The position numbers and the translations under genes were made by a program. From Chrysomallon squamiferum (taxonomy: Eukaryota; Animalia; Mollusca), in NCBI GenBank assembly GCA_012295275.1, contig CM022679.1:16802001-16866000 (forward strand): a DNA stretch of 64,000 bases, read 5' to 3'. Each line of letters begins with the position of its first letter. Positions within the stretch are counted from its first letter, which is position 1. A model generated the notes under the pieces. The model saw only the letters and a list, made by a program, of their open reading frames with translations. It did not search any database and was not told the DNA's origin. Positions 27,244 through 41,200 of this stretch are shown piece after piece.

Positions 27244-28131
27244 TTTCAAAGATTAAAATTTGTCTATATTATTGAATTATTACATCGGCGGTCACAAAAT
27301 GACGGGGAAACTTGTGTATCTAGATAAATTATAGTTTTACGAATCGGTTAAATAATTTCATCTTGAAAGTTATATGTGCAACAAAAACCACTACATTTTT
27401 AATAAATAATGGATCAGCCACTATGTTGCTTGTTTGTGCCCTTTCGTTACGTACTTAAGTAAAGGAATGCTTTTTATAGGCACCGTCATAACGTAATTAC
27501 TTGGTAAAGTTGAATAAATGTACTATTTAAGAAGTGCTGCCCTTTTCGGACAATCTACTTCAAAATGTCACTAAATATTATACTTTTCGTTTAGTTCTAG
27601 GTCCATAAAATAAATGGTTATGCGTTGAGATTTTTATTATTTTTATTATTAGTTTGTTTGATATAATCTGTTAGAATTAACCAGTCACAGTTGCTGTACA
27701 CTTCCATGTGACCGTTATTTTATGGGGGATTTGTATATATAAATAATATGGTCTTATCACATAGAGAAATGAAAATTTAAAAACAATATATATAAATAAA
27801 AACAAAACAAAATAAAATAAATAAATAATAAATATGCTTATTATTGTTATTATTTAAACGTTTCTTTATAAAAAAAACATTACAGCAAACCAATGAAAAA
27901 TGTAACTATCATCCATTTCATCTACTTACTGTATTGCCATATTGCATTGTTAGCAAACTTTAGATTATAAAAACAAATGTAACACTTATAAAATGATTTT
28001 TGATGTTGATATTTGTAACAAAGATGTATTTTAATCAAATTATTTGATGTATATAACTGTCAAAAAAAAAAAACCCACAAAAAAACCTTTATCACCCTTT
28101 TTATTATTCTTTTTATTTTTATATTTTGTAG

Positions 28132-28548
28132 TCACCTGAGTTACATCTTGAACCCATATCAAGTACAAAGAACGATTCTACATTGGATAATAAAAAGACA
28201 AATAAAAGAAATTCACCAATTCAAAAGCCACGGTATGTGCAACAGCACATCGTGACCATGAAAACTCAGGAGATACCAGAAGAAAAGGCAGGATATGTTT
28301 TAGGATTCCAAGAGGATGTTTCAGAAGAGGACAATACTGCATACTCAGTTGTGTACCCCAACATTCAAAGTGATAAAAACAATGAATGTGATGACCTGAG
28401 CTCTTTACCAAGACCCAAGCGAATTCATGCTAAACGTGAATTACCTTGGGTTTTCAGATTCAAAGTGAAAAAGAATTTGAATTCCTTGACAAAAATTATG
28501 GCTAGCAAAACTCCAAGTTCTCAAACTGTTGCTCAATCAGGAACGTAA
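28132..28548 (+). CDS. Probable terminal coding exon of an uncharacterised small protein
   Basis: Strong pyrimidine tract and tttgtag acceptor at 28131 followed by a 138-codon open frame (in-frame ATG at 28258) ending ...KRELPWVFRFKVKKNLNSLTKIMAS...; AATAAA near 28637. Upstream exon not identified. Confidence 0.5.
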   Translation, partial: SPELHLEPISSTKNDSTLDNKKTNKRNSPIQKPRYVQQHIVTMKTQEIPEEKAGYVLGFQEDVSEEDNTAYSVVYPNIQSDKNNECDDLSSLPRPKRIHAKRELPWVFRFKVKKNLNSLTKIMASKTPSSQTVAQSGT

Positions 28549-31500
28549 TTCTGCTGAAAACAAAAGAAACTGGTTTCTGATACACACATTAATTAACTGA
28601 ATTTCTACAGTTGGTCAAATCTTAACTACATGTATTAATAAAAAAAAGTAAAGATAATTTGTGTGTAAAACAAACATTACTTGAAAACATGTTCTAAAGG
28701 ACTGACTATATACCTCATATCTTAGATATTATGTTTTTTGCAATAAATGCAGACGTTTGTAATGAAAAGGTCTTCCACTACAGCTTGATCTCCTATGAAT
28801 TAATTCAATTCCTGCAATAATTAAAATCAAAAGCACCATTTTGATATTTTCCCACATTCATCACAGTTCCTTTCTTGGACACATTTTAAAATGTTGGTAG
28901 AGAGGTAGAACTACAGAATCCCTCAACTGCAAAATTATTTTATTTTTAATTTAAAATTTTCAAATTAGTGTTTTGAAAATGGAGGTAAAATGTTTGGGAG
29001 AGAAAAGAATATATTTTGATTATGTAATAATATATATATATATACTTGCAGTTTCGCTTATCCATATTTTTTTATTTCAAAATATGAAAGTGAATAGATA
29101 TTTATGGTGATTGCAGTCACATAAAGATGTGAAAGACCAAGTAACCTAAATAAGAACCCAACATGTTATACTGCTTTTATTTATATTTGAATATGCAAAA
29201 TTGACACTCTCATTCTATTCATTTATGTTAACTCTTACGATTTATAATAAACTGTGTGAAAACTGAAATTACTTTGTTATTGATATTAGTAAACATGAGT
29301 GCCTTGTAACCCGAGATATCATTATCAAGAAAAGCCTGCAGTTTATGAAGTAAAACAAAGGTTATTTGTGTCTGAACTGTGGCTTGCCTTTAACACTACG
29401 GCAAAACAGTGACAAAGTGAAGATGGTACTGAATAACTAATAATTGCGAGCCAAATCAAATTTTGAGAGTAATGAACAACTGATTCATGAATTTATACAT
29501 GTTCAAAAGCATGTTACTGAATAATTTCTTACTATGAAATGTTAATAAAAGATGTGTCCAACTGGTGGAATAAATTAAAAATTTGCCAAGTCAGTGGAAT
29601 CTAACTTTATTTTAGTGCTGTGTAAGCAAAATTAACTTACCAAATTTGTTAACTGTAAGATTAATTATAATGAATGCATTTTATTATTTCATTAATTTTT
29701 CTTTATACCCATTCAGTTTTTGCACAATGTTGAAATTAGTCCCGATTTCCAACAATTCCTTAAATGTATAACATTCATCCCTTTTTTTTTTTTAAAAGTC
29801 CTTTGCTTAAAGAACAAGAATTGTTTTTATTACCTGGCCCTGAATTAATTATCATCCTTAATATAAACTACAACTAAAGATTTATTTAATTTTTAGATCT
29901 TGACATGTGATTAAACTTTATTAATACAATTCATGGTACACAGAAATAACAACAAAAATTTCTATTAATATCCTATACAAGAAAATATGAAATTTGAAAT
30001 AAACAAAAGCATAGCAATATTGAGCTCTTTATTATCAATTATTTACAGCATTTTACAATTGGAGTTTTGTCTTCATAGGCAAGTTTCAGGATCCTCCATT
30101 TCTGATATTCCTTAATAAAGAACATTTCTCATATTCCAGACACATGTCTAATGCATTGAAAATAATGTCCAGATGGAGAAACAAATATAACGTTTTTGTT
30201 GTTTTCTTAAATAGATTTACCATGTACAGAAATTCAAAGAAAGCTCAGCTCTTCTTTGAAACATAACAAGCAAAAAATAAATTTGTGATCAATATACATA
30301 CATTTTATTTTTTTAAATTAATTTTTGGGGACACAAGCAAATGGCCTAAATAAATTTCTATGTTTGCTTTTTGAGATCGGTGTATAATGACAATAATTTA
30401 AACTTCCTCTATGATGCCATCTTACATGCCTTACAGGTGGGGGGAAAAAATTAAGAAAAAAAAAAAGCAAGCCTAAATGCTCATTATGCTCTTAAAAGTA
30501 GAATTAAATAAATACAATTGTCTGAAATCCAATACGAAATCACTAGTACAACAAAGGGAGAAAGTAGATGCTTGAATATTTAATCTTTATTATTAACAAA
30601 AGTTGATCAGGCCTTTTGTTTCTACCATCAAAGCTACAGTGACGGAGTAAGAAAAAAAAAAAAAACCACACACACAAAATTATATAATAAAGGAAAAACA
30701 GTAACCCCAATATCTTCTTTTAGTCAGATACCTTTTCTCTATATGGTACAAACTAATAGTTCTATCTTCAAGTTGTTTTAATTTAAAACAGATTATTTAT
30801 TCACAATATTTCTTACAGCTAAATGTTTTGTACCCAAATTATTAAATAACATGTTGAGAAGTTTAGAAGAAAAAAAAAAAAAAAAAAAAAAAAGACAGAC
30901 AAAATACACTGCACCTTTTCAGAGCATACATTTTAAAATAAAAAAAAACTAGTTTTATTACTTAATGCTCACTGATATGCTGCATGCATGTGAATTGTAT
31001 AAGAACATATAAATGTTGCGATTGTGTTTTGTACTACAATTCATCTGCATGAAACATTTCAGTTAATTTGTCACAAAACTTTTATTAGCACTATGACAAA
31101 TTCACAAGTATACGATATATATAATACCAACAGCTTTCATTTTGCTTCTTCTGAAAACACAACAGAGTTCCTGTAAGAAAAGAGAACAAAAAACAGATCA
31201 CACATACATGCACACACACAAACACATGCAGATCATGATATATACAATATATCTAAGCAGAAATACTTATTCTGAATAAACAAAGTTATTTTTTACCAAA
31301 ATTTACAATTATCATCAATAAAAATACATTCCCAACTGTAATATCTGTGACATCATTTCCTTTCACATTACCATTCACACACATATGTACAAATTGATTC
31401 AATATAATAAAAATTTGTTGAAAAAAAAAAAAAATACAAGTATAACATACATAGAATACAAATAGAAACAATGACAATAATTTTAAGTCAGACAAAATTT

Positions 31501-33448
31501 ATATTTCTCAGTCATTTGAAAAAAATGTATTCACATCTCTTGTCATGTGTCTCCTTTTCATTTAACAATCACTGACTGTAGCAGAATAGCCAAGAAACAC
31601 AGCAACACAACTTTATCACTTAGATATTGTTAAACTGCATCTTTAAAGTTCCAGTCAGAGAACATTAATAGAAAGTCTTTTAAGTATCCAGTTTTTTTGT
31701 TTAAAGAACATTTCATGAATTCAGACCATTTCACATCACAGTTCTTTTAATGTTGTAATATATCCCGAAAACTGTAATTCTACTAATGGCCGTAAGTAAT
31801 ACCAGTTCTAACATGGATATAATTTAAAACAAATATGAGTATTTTACTACCGATGTATCTTGCTTGAAATGTTTTTGCTGGAACATGTAAACCTAAATTG
31901 CATATAATTTAATAATTCAAGTTCCCTTTCAATTACAATATGGTACTAATGGTACTATGGTGCTGTGCTTAAGATACATTTACAAGAACTGTGTTTGCAT
32001 GATACAAATGCAGCTGGTTCTATTTCTTGCAGTCAGCATGAATTAATATATGATTCACAATTAAACTGTTTAACATTGTCCTTATGGATATAGAAATCAA
32101 AAGAAAGGTATTTTACTGAATCTGTACTTAACAAATACAAAAACTTAATTTGAAACAGAATATTTTGTTTTACACCAACATTTCTAATTATTATAATAAT
32201 CATGTACAACATAAAAATAAAAACATGCTGAAAAAAGAAGAGAATGAATAATCATGGTTATCACAGATAAGGATTTACATTTTCAGACACATTCTTCATA
32301 AACAATCCAGAAACACTGCTGCTAGTTAGATCTTAATGTTTAACAACAAGTTAGACATTCACGCAGACATATTTCTGTGAAAGGTTAGAAACAATTTGAG
32401 AACACTGAAAACACAAATGGACAATGATATTGAAATATCTCTAACATTTTTCCTGAAAAGAAAATTTATTTAAATAACAATGAGCTATAAAACAAAACTA
32501 AAGGTGTTGCCAAATAATTTCACATACTGTGAAAAAAAAAGAAAGAAAGGGCTTCTGAGAGATGTCTAGCTCCACTTCAGATGAGTAAAATACAACTTGG
32601 AGAATCTTCCAATACCAGCTTGAAGACCATCTGCTTCAAAAGACGCCAAGACCTAAATTCTTCACCTGAAATAAAAAAAAACTGGGCGACTGGCACTAAA
32701 ATGCAAGTACAACTTTTTTTTTAAATATTTAGAATAATCAATCATCTTCTATCATTGAGGAAATTCTTCATCCATTCTTCTTTTCACTTTCAAATGCAAT
32801 TCTAAATTTACCATCTTCAATTATGCCAAAATAAAGTTCATTTTTCTAGATTGATTCCAGATAAAACCAGTCTCTGACAAAGAATTAAATGCCTTATTCA
32901 GCTGAAACTTCAACAATAGCAGCACAAACATTTTACCAGAAAAGCTGCAATACCATGGATACCTCAAAATGCTTCTTAAAGTAAAATCTTCCAACTGCAG
33001 GCAGGTATTTATTGCTTGATGGTATGTCCATTGGTAAAAGTCAACGTTGTAACTAAATTTAATTTTATGCTGGTCTCTTCACAATGACATACTTAACTGG
33101 ATTTCCTCTTCATTATTTTAAAAGTTTCTTCAATTTGTAGCAAAATCACAACTTGACACATGCTCTTCTTTCCATTTCTGAATCACCCCCACCCTAACCC
33201 CACACAATAGCGTCCTTTACTTCAGCTTGGAGATTAACAATATTCCCACAGATTTTTACCCGTAATTTTGCTGTAAAATTCAAAACTATTTGAATAAATT
33301 TTAAATTAAATAATGATTTACCAACAATAACTGGTAATAACAATTTGAATGAGGACAACGCAGAAATACATTTACTGCTCAATTTCACGATGCTGCCAGA
33401 TATACTTTATGAAAATAAATGGAATCTGAATGGACACCATTACATGAC

Positions 33449-36400
33449 TTATGCTGCTTGAATGGCTGCATTGCTGGCTTTACAGTCAATTTTCATCTGA
33501 TCAGCAGAAAACACCACACCAGCATCTTTGAGAAATTCTAATGCTGCATCCTTTTCTGCAAATCCTAACTCTTTCTGGAGGTATTCTAATGGCAACAAGG
33601 GGCGATACCTATATGGTTTACAAGGTGATCATCAAGGTCAAGAAGAAAATAAAAAGAGAAAAACATGTTAAACACACAAACATTTAAAACATGATAATAT
33701 AAAAGTAGAAACATCGTACTTACCTATAATATTTTAACTTACCACTTGTTTTACTTCCAACATTAAGGATAAATCAATGTTTTTAAAGTTTGTAAACATT
33801 ATCATATGAACTCAGAATCCATTTATAATAGATGAAACAAGTCTTTTCTAAATATTAACATATACCTTTTATAAATTAAAACCGTTTTCTCTTACCTGTC
33901 ACATTTACATTCCTAATTACTAACAAATGTACATCAATTTTTAAAGTAATGATATTCAATTTACTTTGAGTGTAACTGACAAGACAATTATATCAGAATT
34001 CAACACCATTCAGCATTACTAGTTTAATCTCCTTGTCACTGACTCTGTGAAACAATGTAATATAAAAGCAACCTAATTTCTAATTTGTGAAACTGTATAA
34101 TTGTTAAGGTGATGATTGCTCATCTAAGATTGGATAGAGAAAGAGACAAAAAATATATATTGAAAAGATAGAATTAAAGAATATTTTAGGTATTAGCTTG
34201 TGTGTGTATGTCTGTATGAATAATAATAAAAAAATCATGCACAATACGTACGACTTAAGGACTGCTTTAAGTGCAGTCTTTCGAACCCGTTCAACAAACC
34301 AATCCAACATATATGCAGACATTTTAGGTGCTGATCTATACAATTTAAAAAAGCAGTGGTAATTATTAAGGGCCCATGCTGAGCGGACATCCAAAGCATG
34401 TTTTATACAAACGTCCTTTCTGTGATCAGCTGATAATGATGCAAGGACTGTGGTCATATCTTTTAAGAGTTAAGAAAGAAAAAACTTTAAAGTATATTCA
34501 GAGGTTGAGAAAACAATCCTTTCTTCTCAATTATACTAGCATGATCAATGACTACAATGCAGTTTTAAATCACAAACTGATAGTTAAAAGTGTATTTCAA
34601 ATAAAAGAACTAAAATTCAATAAAGTTTGCTAACATTAAACAGTAAATTCCTGAAAAGGATACCAAGTGAATTAGAAGTAAAAATATAGTATAGTATTCT
34701 GTATGCTGTGAATTCAAGGATGTTGCCACCAAAACCTTCACAGTAAAGGAGTTTCAACTGGGTCTGGCATTGATTGAACTCTTCATGATCACACTGCAAA
34801 ATTAAAAGATATTTAATGACAAATACTTGAATACTTACTATTTTTTCATTTAAAAACTGAGAAAAGTGAAACAGAATAAAACAAAACAATCTACCTTCTC
34901 CATGGCTAGCCTGGCATGTGTTTCATAAACCTGCACCGTGAATTCATTGCGTATACCCTGAACCTGTGAAACAGAATTTAAAAAATATATAATAATTAGT
35001 AATAAAATAAATTATTCAATATGAAAAATTGTTGGGCCAATTCTTTAAAAGCAACGACTTACAAATGAGATACTTTTAAAAAATAAATATTTGAAAAAAG
35101 TAATATTAATAAATTTTATAAACAATTTCAATTTAAAACCAAAGATATTGTTTACATTTTCCAATACTGTGTGCAGATGTTTTAAACTTACTGTGAGATC
35201 CTGCCTAATTGATTTCAGTTGTTCACAAGCGTAACGATAATCTTCCTTCTCTTTCCAGTCGTCCTGAACCATTTTCAGTGATTTTCTCAGCACAGATAAA
35301 GGTCGAATTGTACTGGCATCAGGAGCCTTCAATTTCAAATTATTCAATGAACAACAAAAAGATATACGCTTCTCTCACCAAAAGTAAAATGAGTAATCCA
35401 TACAAATAAACAACAATTTACACATAGGCATGGTGCTACAGATATATTCTAAGATTTAGATCATTTAATACCACTTTTGTTAACTCTGAGGAAACTAATT
35501 TATCTTTTCATTAATTTAGATCTTTGAAAATATTAGTTTAAATTAAAATGATATAATAAAAATACAACTGATATTCTAAGTTTATTTTATAAAAAAACTG
35601 AAAAGTAATTACAGTGGTTAATCTGAGGTATCGCTTCTCCAAGTCTGGACAGCTACCAACAACACAGAAACTTGAGAGATCTTGATCTTCTGGGTCATCA
35701 TTATTCTGCAATTACAAGAAGTATAAACTTTATCAAATACATTAAAATGCAATTACCAAGGTACAAACAAATTATATAAGGCATTTAGGACAGTCTTTTT
35801 TCCTCTTTTTTTTAAATTGTAGAACCAACTATAATAGTATTATACACCCTAAAAAAATAGCTTGGCGTATCCTTGAACCTCAAAAAATGTCACATTATAA
35901 TTACAGACAGAGGCAAAATATGTAATATAAAAATTTAAAAAACAATAGTAATTGATAAGATTTTTTTTCATGTTCATAATCTGGCAAAAACAATTTAGTT
36001 ATTAAAAGTTAATTTCAAGTGAAGAGTGACTATTTTGTTATTTTTCACTTTCATTTTATATAAAAACAAAATGTTTATCTTCCATTAAAGTAACTGAGAA
36101 TGATCTGTCAGTATTTACTAAAACTCACTATAAAATTATTAATGGTGAGAGTAAGTCTTTGACGTGGAGACTTTTCTAAACCAAATCTTGCTGCTCTTTT
36201 TTCCATTCGTGCTTGCTTCAAAGGATCTGGTTCATCATAATCCATCTTAAATTGGCTAAAATCAACAGTCACAAACATTCATTATTTTTACTATCATATC
36301 AATGCATTATGAAATCAGGAGATGGAAATTCGGACATATTCAAGTTTATTTGAAATTAACTTTTCAACATTCACATTAACTGGTAAAACTAAGAAAACCT

Positions 36401-39400
36401 ATTATTATTTTTGTACTTAATGTTATGTCAATTTTTCTTTCATTCTTTCACACAAAGCATATTCTGGTTGTAACTATTATGTTCAATATTTACCCTTTTT
36501 GTTGTTTTTTGGCTTTTTTCCCTACTGACTGTGGTGGACTATCATCTCTTGAGTTTTTTCCTCGTCCACGACCTCTGCCTCTGCCTCTTGCTCTTGCTCC
36601 TCTTTCCGGCCTTCTTCTTTCATGAATCCTACCAGAATCTTCAGGACTTGGACTACTACTGAAAAAACACTTTACCAGTGACTGGGAGTTCCAAAATTGA
36701 CATAACATTAAGTACAAATATCAAAAACTAAATATACTGATATTTCTCTTTAACAAAACTTTAAACAGTCCAGATGAATAATCATACATTAATTCTAAAC
36801 ATTTTTTATTGACGAATGACCATGTAGACAAATGGAATGTTTATTTTGACAAAAAAATAATAAATTGTAATTTACAGAACTCAGAAAGTTTGTTGATTAG
36901 AGTTAAATTGGGTAAGATGTCTTGCATTATAATGTTAAACATGACAAATATATGCAGTTACTTACTCTGTGTTGTGTTAAACTAAAAAAGAAAAAGATTA
37001 CCCGAATTTGGCCACAACTAGATCAATATTAAATAATAATGATACCTCTTTCTTCTTGAATGTCTCCGTCGCCTAGATGGGGATCTTGATCTAGATCTGC
37101 TTCTTGACCGTGATCGTGATCTGGAGGAAGATCTTGACCATGATCGACTTTTTGACCTACTCCTTGATCTGGAATCACGTAATCTGTATGTGGGTACTCT
37201 GTTATTAGAATAAATACCACGACCATGTCCTCTCCTCGCACCTCGACCCCTCAAACATCCAAATGGTATGCTTTTTTCCATTTTGTTCTGCCTTGAATTT
37301 GGTGTGAAAGATTCATTATCATTTCCAAAACTGTAATGATAAAAAAAAAAAAGAAACAAGCTATGTTAAGTAATAATTAATTTGAAAAGATAAAAGGCAT
37401 GTGCAAGTTTTAAAAATTAAAGATACATAAAGTACATTTACTAAACAGCGTTTTAGAATATTCTACCAGATTGTAACACTGATCTAGAAAATACTGAAAA
37501 TCCACAATAAAGTGTCAGAATCCATATTTCTGTGTTATGATCTCATCCCTGATTTCATAGTTTTCATTAAGATCATTATTGCATATGATGTTGAAAGTCT
37601 TGTTTAGAATTGTGCATTTTGAAGATAATATTTTCCGAGTAACATCAAACTTTATTCCATCATTTTCACTCAGATAATCATACTTAGGTATTGGTTCTTT
37701 TTTCCAGTCCACTGTCCATGTGATTCCTTCTTTGAAAACTTTGGTAAGTTTTTCCTTCAAAAAGCGTTCAAGTTTATCTTTCTGAACTTCTGTCACAGCA
37801 CAGGCAAACGCTCGTTGAACATACTCCCTGAAGTTTATGTTATAAGAAAACTATGGTAAAACAGCAATGATTCCAAAATAATATATAATTGTTACTGGTA
37901 CCCGTTACTTTAGCAAGTGCTTTCACACTATTATTTTTATACTGCTAATTGATTATATAATTAAATAATAAGTATTAAATACAGACTGAAATCAAAAGGT
38001 CTAAAATAAATTAAACCCAACGTTTTATTGTAAAAAAATAAAAACTAAAGAATTAGTGACAGAAATTCTGTTCTGTGGAATTCAATCAATTATGTTTTTA
38101 TTTAAACAACTTACTTTAATGATGGCGGCCAGTCCTCATTATTCATTGCACTAGTTGTAACATCCCTACAAAGAAAATAAAACAATAAAGACAGTAAAAC
38201 TGAAATAAACATATACGTACAGAAAACAACAATCATAATTTTGAGCTAAATATACTTTAGTTTTATTTATTTGTTATTAAAATTTTAGACATCCGAAACT
38301 TTATAAGAATATTTAAAAATAGGACTAACAAATCTACTATAAAAGACTGATTCATGAATGAATATTTAAAGACATCTTAACAGAAAAATGTTTTGTCTGT
38401 TGAACTGTATTAGACAAGCATCAGCATCCTTCTGAAACAATAAACCTTAATATTTTTGATTATATTTTGAGTATTAAATTATTTGGAAATACATTATTAA
38501 TAGCTAAATAGAAATACCCATTGGTTCCTCCAGTGTTCCTTAAATTATCACTCTGTGGACTTTGTCTATTCTGTGAGGGAGAAAATTCTGAAGCAGCAAA
38601 CTGTGAGTTATCCTGTGTTCCTAAATGGTTAGTTTGTGATGACCTTAGTGGGTTGAAACGGATACCTGGTACTCCAATACGACTATTTTGTTGAACATTT
38701 CCAATATTTCTGTTTTTTGGAATCTGAAATCTAATTCCACCAGAACCAGGAGCTTCTGAAAAAAACAATAACATTTTTTTTACATGTTCACCATTTCAAA
38801 AGTTAAGCATAGAGAAATAATGACCAAGGCAGATAGATATAAAAGAAAAACAAATAAAACAAATAAAACAAACAAAAAACAAAAAACCTACAGACCAAAT
38901 CAAAGGAAACTCAGAACTTAGAAAATATAACGCTTTTGTGACTTTGTAATAACTATCATAGAAAATAATCAAGTAAAAATAAAATTTATGCAAGATATTT
39001 TACTGAAACTTACGTTTTGATAGTAGTCTGCTAGTTTGGTTACCATTCTGTTGTAAATATGGTCCTTGATGTCGAGGACTTTTTGACTGGGGTGGATCAA
39101 CATGATCTGGTTGGGAACTTTGGTCAAAGTTATTATGCACATTTTCATTATTTGACCTTTCATTTGTTGTATAATCCTGACTGGCAGAGGGTTGGGGAGT
39201 ATAACCATTGTAGGGACTCTTCAAAAAAAATGAAAAAGTAATAATAATAATTTGATTGTAAATGTTTTTTGACTCTTTAAAAGTCAGATATCAAACAAAA
39301 ACAAAAACAGTGTAAAATTTAAAATGGTAGTTGTAGTCATAACAGTAGTAGAATAACAATTTCTAAAAATAATAATAAAAAATAATAATTACAAAGAAAA

Positions 39401-40343
39401 TGTATATGATGATTGATCATTTTTTGGTCTTGTTTCTGATAAGCAAATGTTGTTATTTTATGCATAGGCAATTTATTTTTGTCTATTATAGATAAATCAA
39501 CTTACATTTGTATTGTATGAAGTTTCCATGGGGTAAACAGGCATACCATAATAGCTAAAAACAAAATTAAAATATGATAAATGGAAAATATATACTTAAC
39601 TGAAATACTGATTTTTAAAACTGAAGTCCAGATCTATAACATTTATATGAAGAGAATATAATAACCTAAAAATGGATATAGGATTCCTGAAACAATAGTA
39701 AAGAACAATTTTTGAATCATTTTTAATCTTGAGGATTAAGTATTCAAATGAATATTTACAGCTAAAATAGATTCTTTAATTACTAAATGACAAACATGAA
39801 AAAGCTTACGAGCAATACTGTTGATGCATGGCTAGAGGATTGTAAAAGTAAAAATCTGGTGGTGGTGGCGGCGGTGGTGGTGGCTGTGCTGTACATTGAA
39901 CATCTGAATAAGAAGGTGGAGGTGGTGGTGGTGGTGGTGGTGGAGGTAAGCTGAATTTGGTCTGTTCTGATTTTTCATTTTTCTGAGGTGAAGCAGCAGC
40001 AGCAGCAGCAGCATTTACAGCCTCCAGAGCTTTTTGTGCCTTATGCCATGATTCTGGCCTAGATATATAAAAATATAAAAATATTATTCAAAAACATACT
40101 TTTTTTGGTAGTCGGAAAAAAGAAAAGAAAAAGATTTAATAGATGAAAAACCTATGCATATGATTCTTTTATGAGAATTTTTTTTTTTTTTTACTTTAAA
40201 ATAATAATAAAAAAGCTACTGTATAAAATAAATTTGACTGATAATACAAAAAATTAAAATAAACATTTACAAGTTTAATACCTAATTTTAAATAATCTTA
40301 TAGTTTACATTTACACCTTGTCAGCAGTGGTCTTATTGAACAT
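33449..40343 (-). CDS. LENG8: Leukocyte receptor cluster member 8 homolog (SAC3/GANP/THP3 PCI-domain protein)
   Basis: About 16 coding exons: 40343-40315, 40058-39810, 39554-39506, 39218-39014, 38755-38518, 38165-38115, 37827-37684, 37330-37046, 36658-36494, 36255-36129, 35705-35613, 35326-35192, 34963-34895, 34793-34664, 34459-34252, 33608-33449. Motifs [17 protein letters not shown]-rich tract, [63 protein letters not shown]. Confidence 0.93.
34460..34663 (-). other. U12-type (minor spliceosome) GT-AG intron in LENG8
   Basis: 5' splice site GTATCCTTT; branch point TTCTTAAC about 10 nt before the AG; no pyrimidine tract; splicing keeps the frame (SNSL-D-MTT). Confidence 0.85.
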
Positions 40344-40839
40344 TTTGCAATGATTTTTTAAAAAAAATGTTGGATCTGCTTTCAATAAAAATATGTAATG
40401 CATATGATCATTGTCATTGTGGCGTCAAATGAGCAAACAAAATTGTATGTGCTTCCATTCTGCAGATGAAAATGAAACATTCACATTCACTATTCTGTAG
40501 TATTCAGACATTCACATTGACATTGGTTCCAATTTTATTACTAACACTGAAACGACGGATATTTAGTATATTTATTAGTACTTTCCAAAAGTGAAAGTGA
40601 GCTTTGTTTTATATTATTTCACCTAATTCTAGTATCTGCAGAACAAACTGTAACATATGATAATATTAATAATTTAATATCTGTTAAGCCACAAGGGGTG
40701 GATCTCAACGGAAAGATTACATCGAAACAATGTAGGAAGTATACCGTGCAGATACCATTTCATGACATTTGTGCTACTATTCGTAGTATTACAGTCTACT
40801 GTCTAGTTTTATGCCAGAGTAACAGTTACTCGGTTATTG

Positions 40840-41200
40840 CTGAAAAACGCCATTTTGGATTGTTAAAAATACAAGTTTTGTAATTATGAAATACTGAAAC
40901 AAGTTCTGATAATAATGAAATTATCCATAGTTTATATTAAATTAATATACTTTTAAATGTATGTTTTAAACTATACCATGAACAGTTTGTGGAAGCTGAA
41001 TTCGACATTTTTCAATCCGATATGAGCAAAATTCTGATACTGGAGCCACTATATAATCTCGTATCCGGTTTTCTGTGACGTTAAAAAGTCTGCCATCTAC
41101 TGTGAAGATAGTGCCAGTTCAAACCAAGGCCAACAACTCTCTAATAATAATAATAAAAGTAAAACTTCTGCTGTCAAAGCGCAGAGGTAAACTGGAATCT
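40840..41200. promoter_or_regulatory. LENG8 promoter, probably bidirectional
   Basis: CpG cluster; YY1-like cgccatttt (40849) and gccatct (~41092); CRE half-site gtgacgt (41075); minus-strand donor near 40976 and plus-strand donor gcagag|gtaaac at 41187-41188. Confidence 0.55.
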
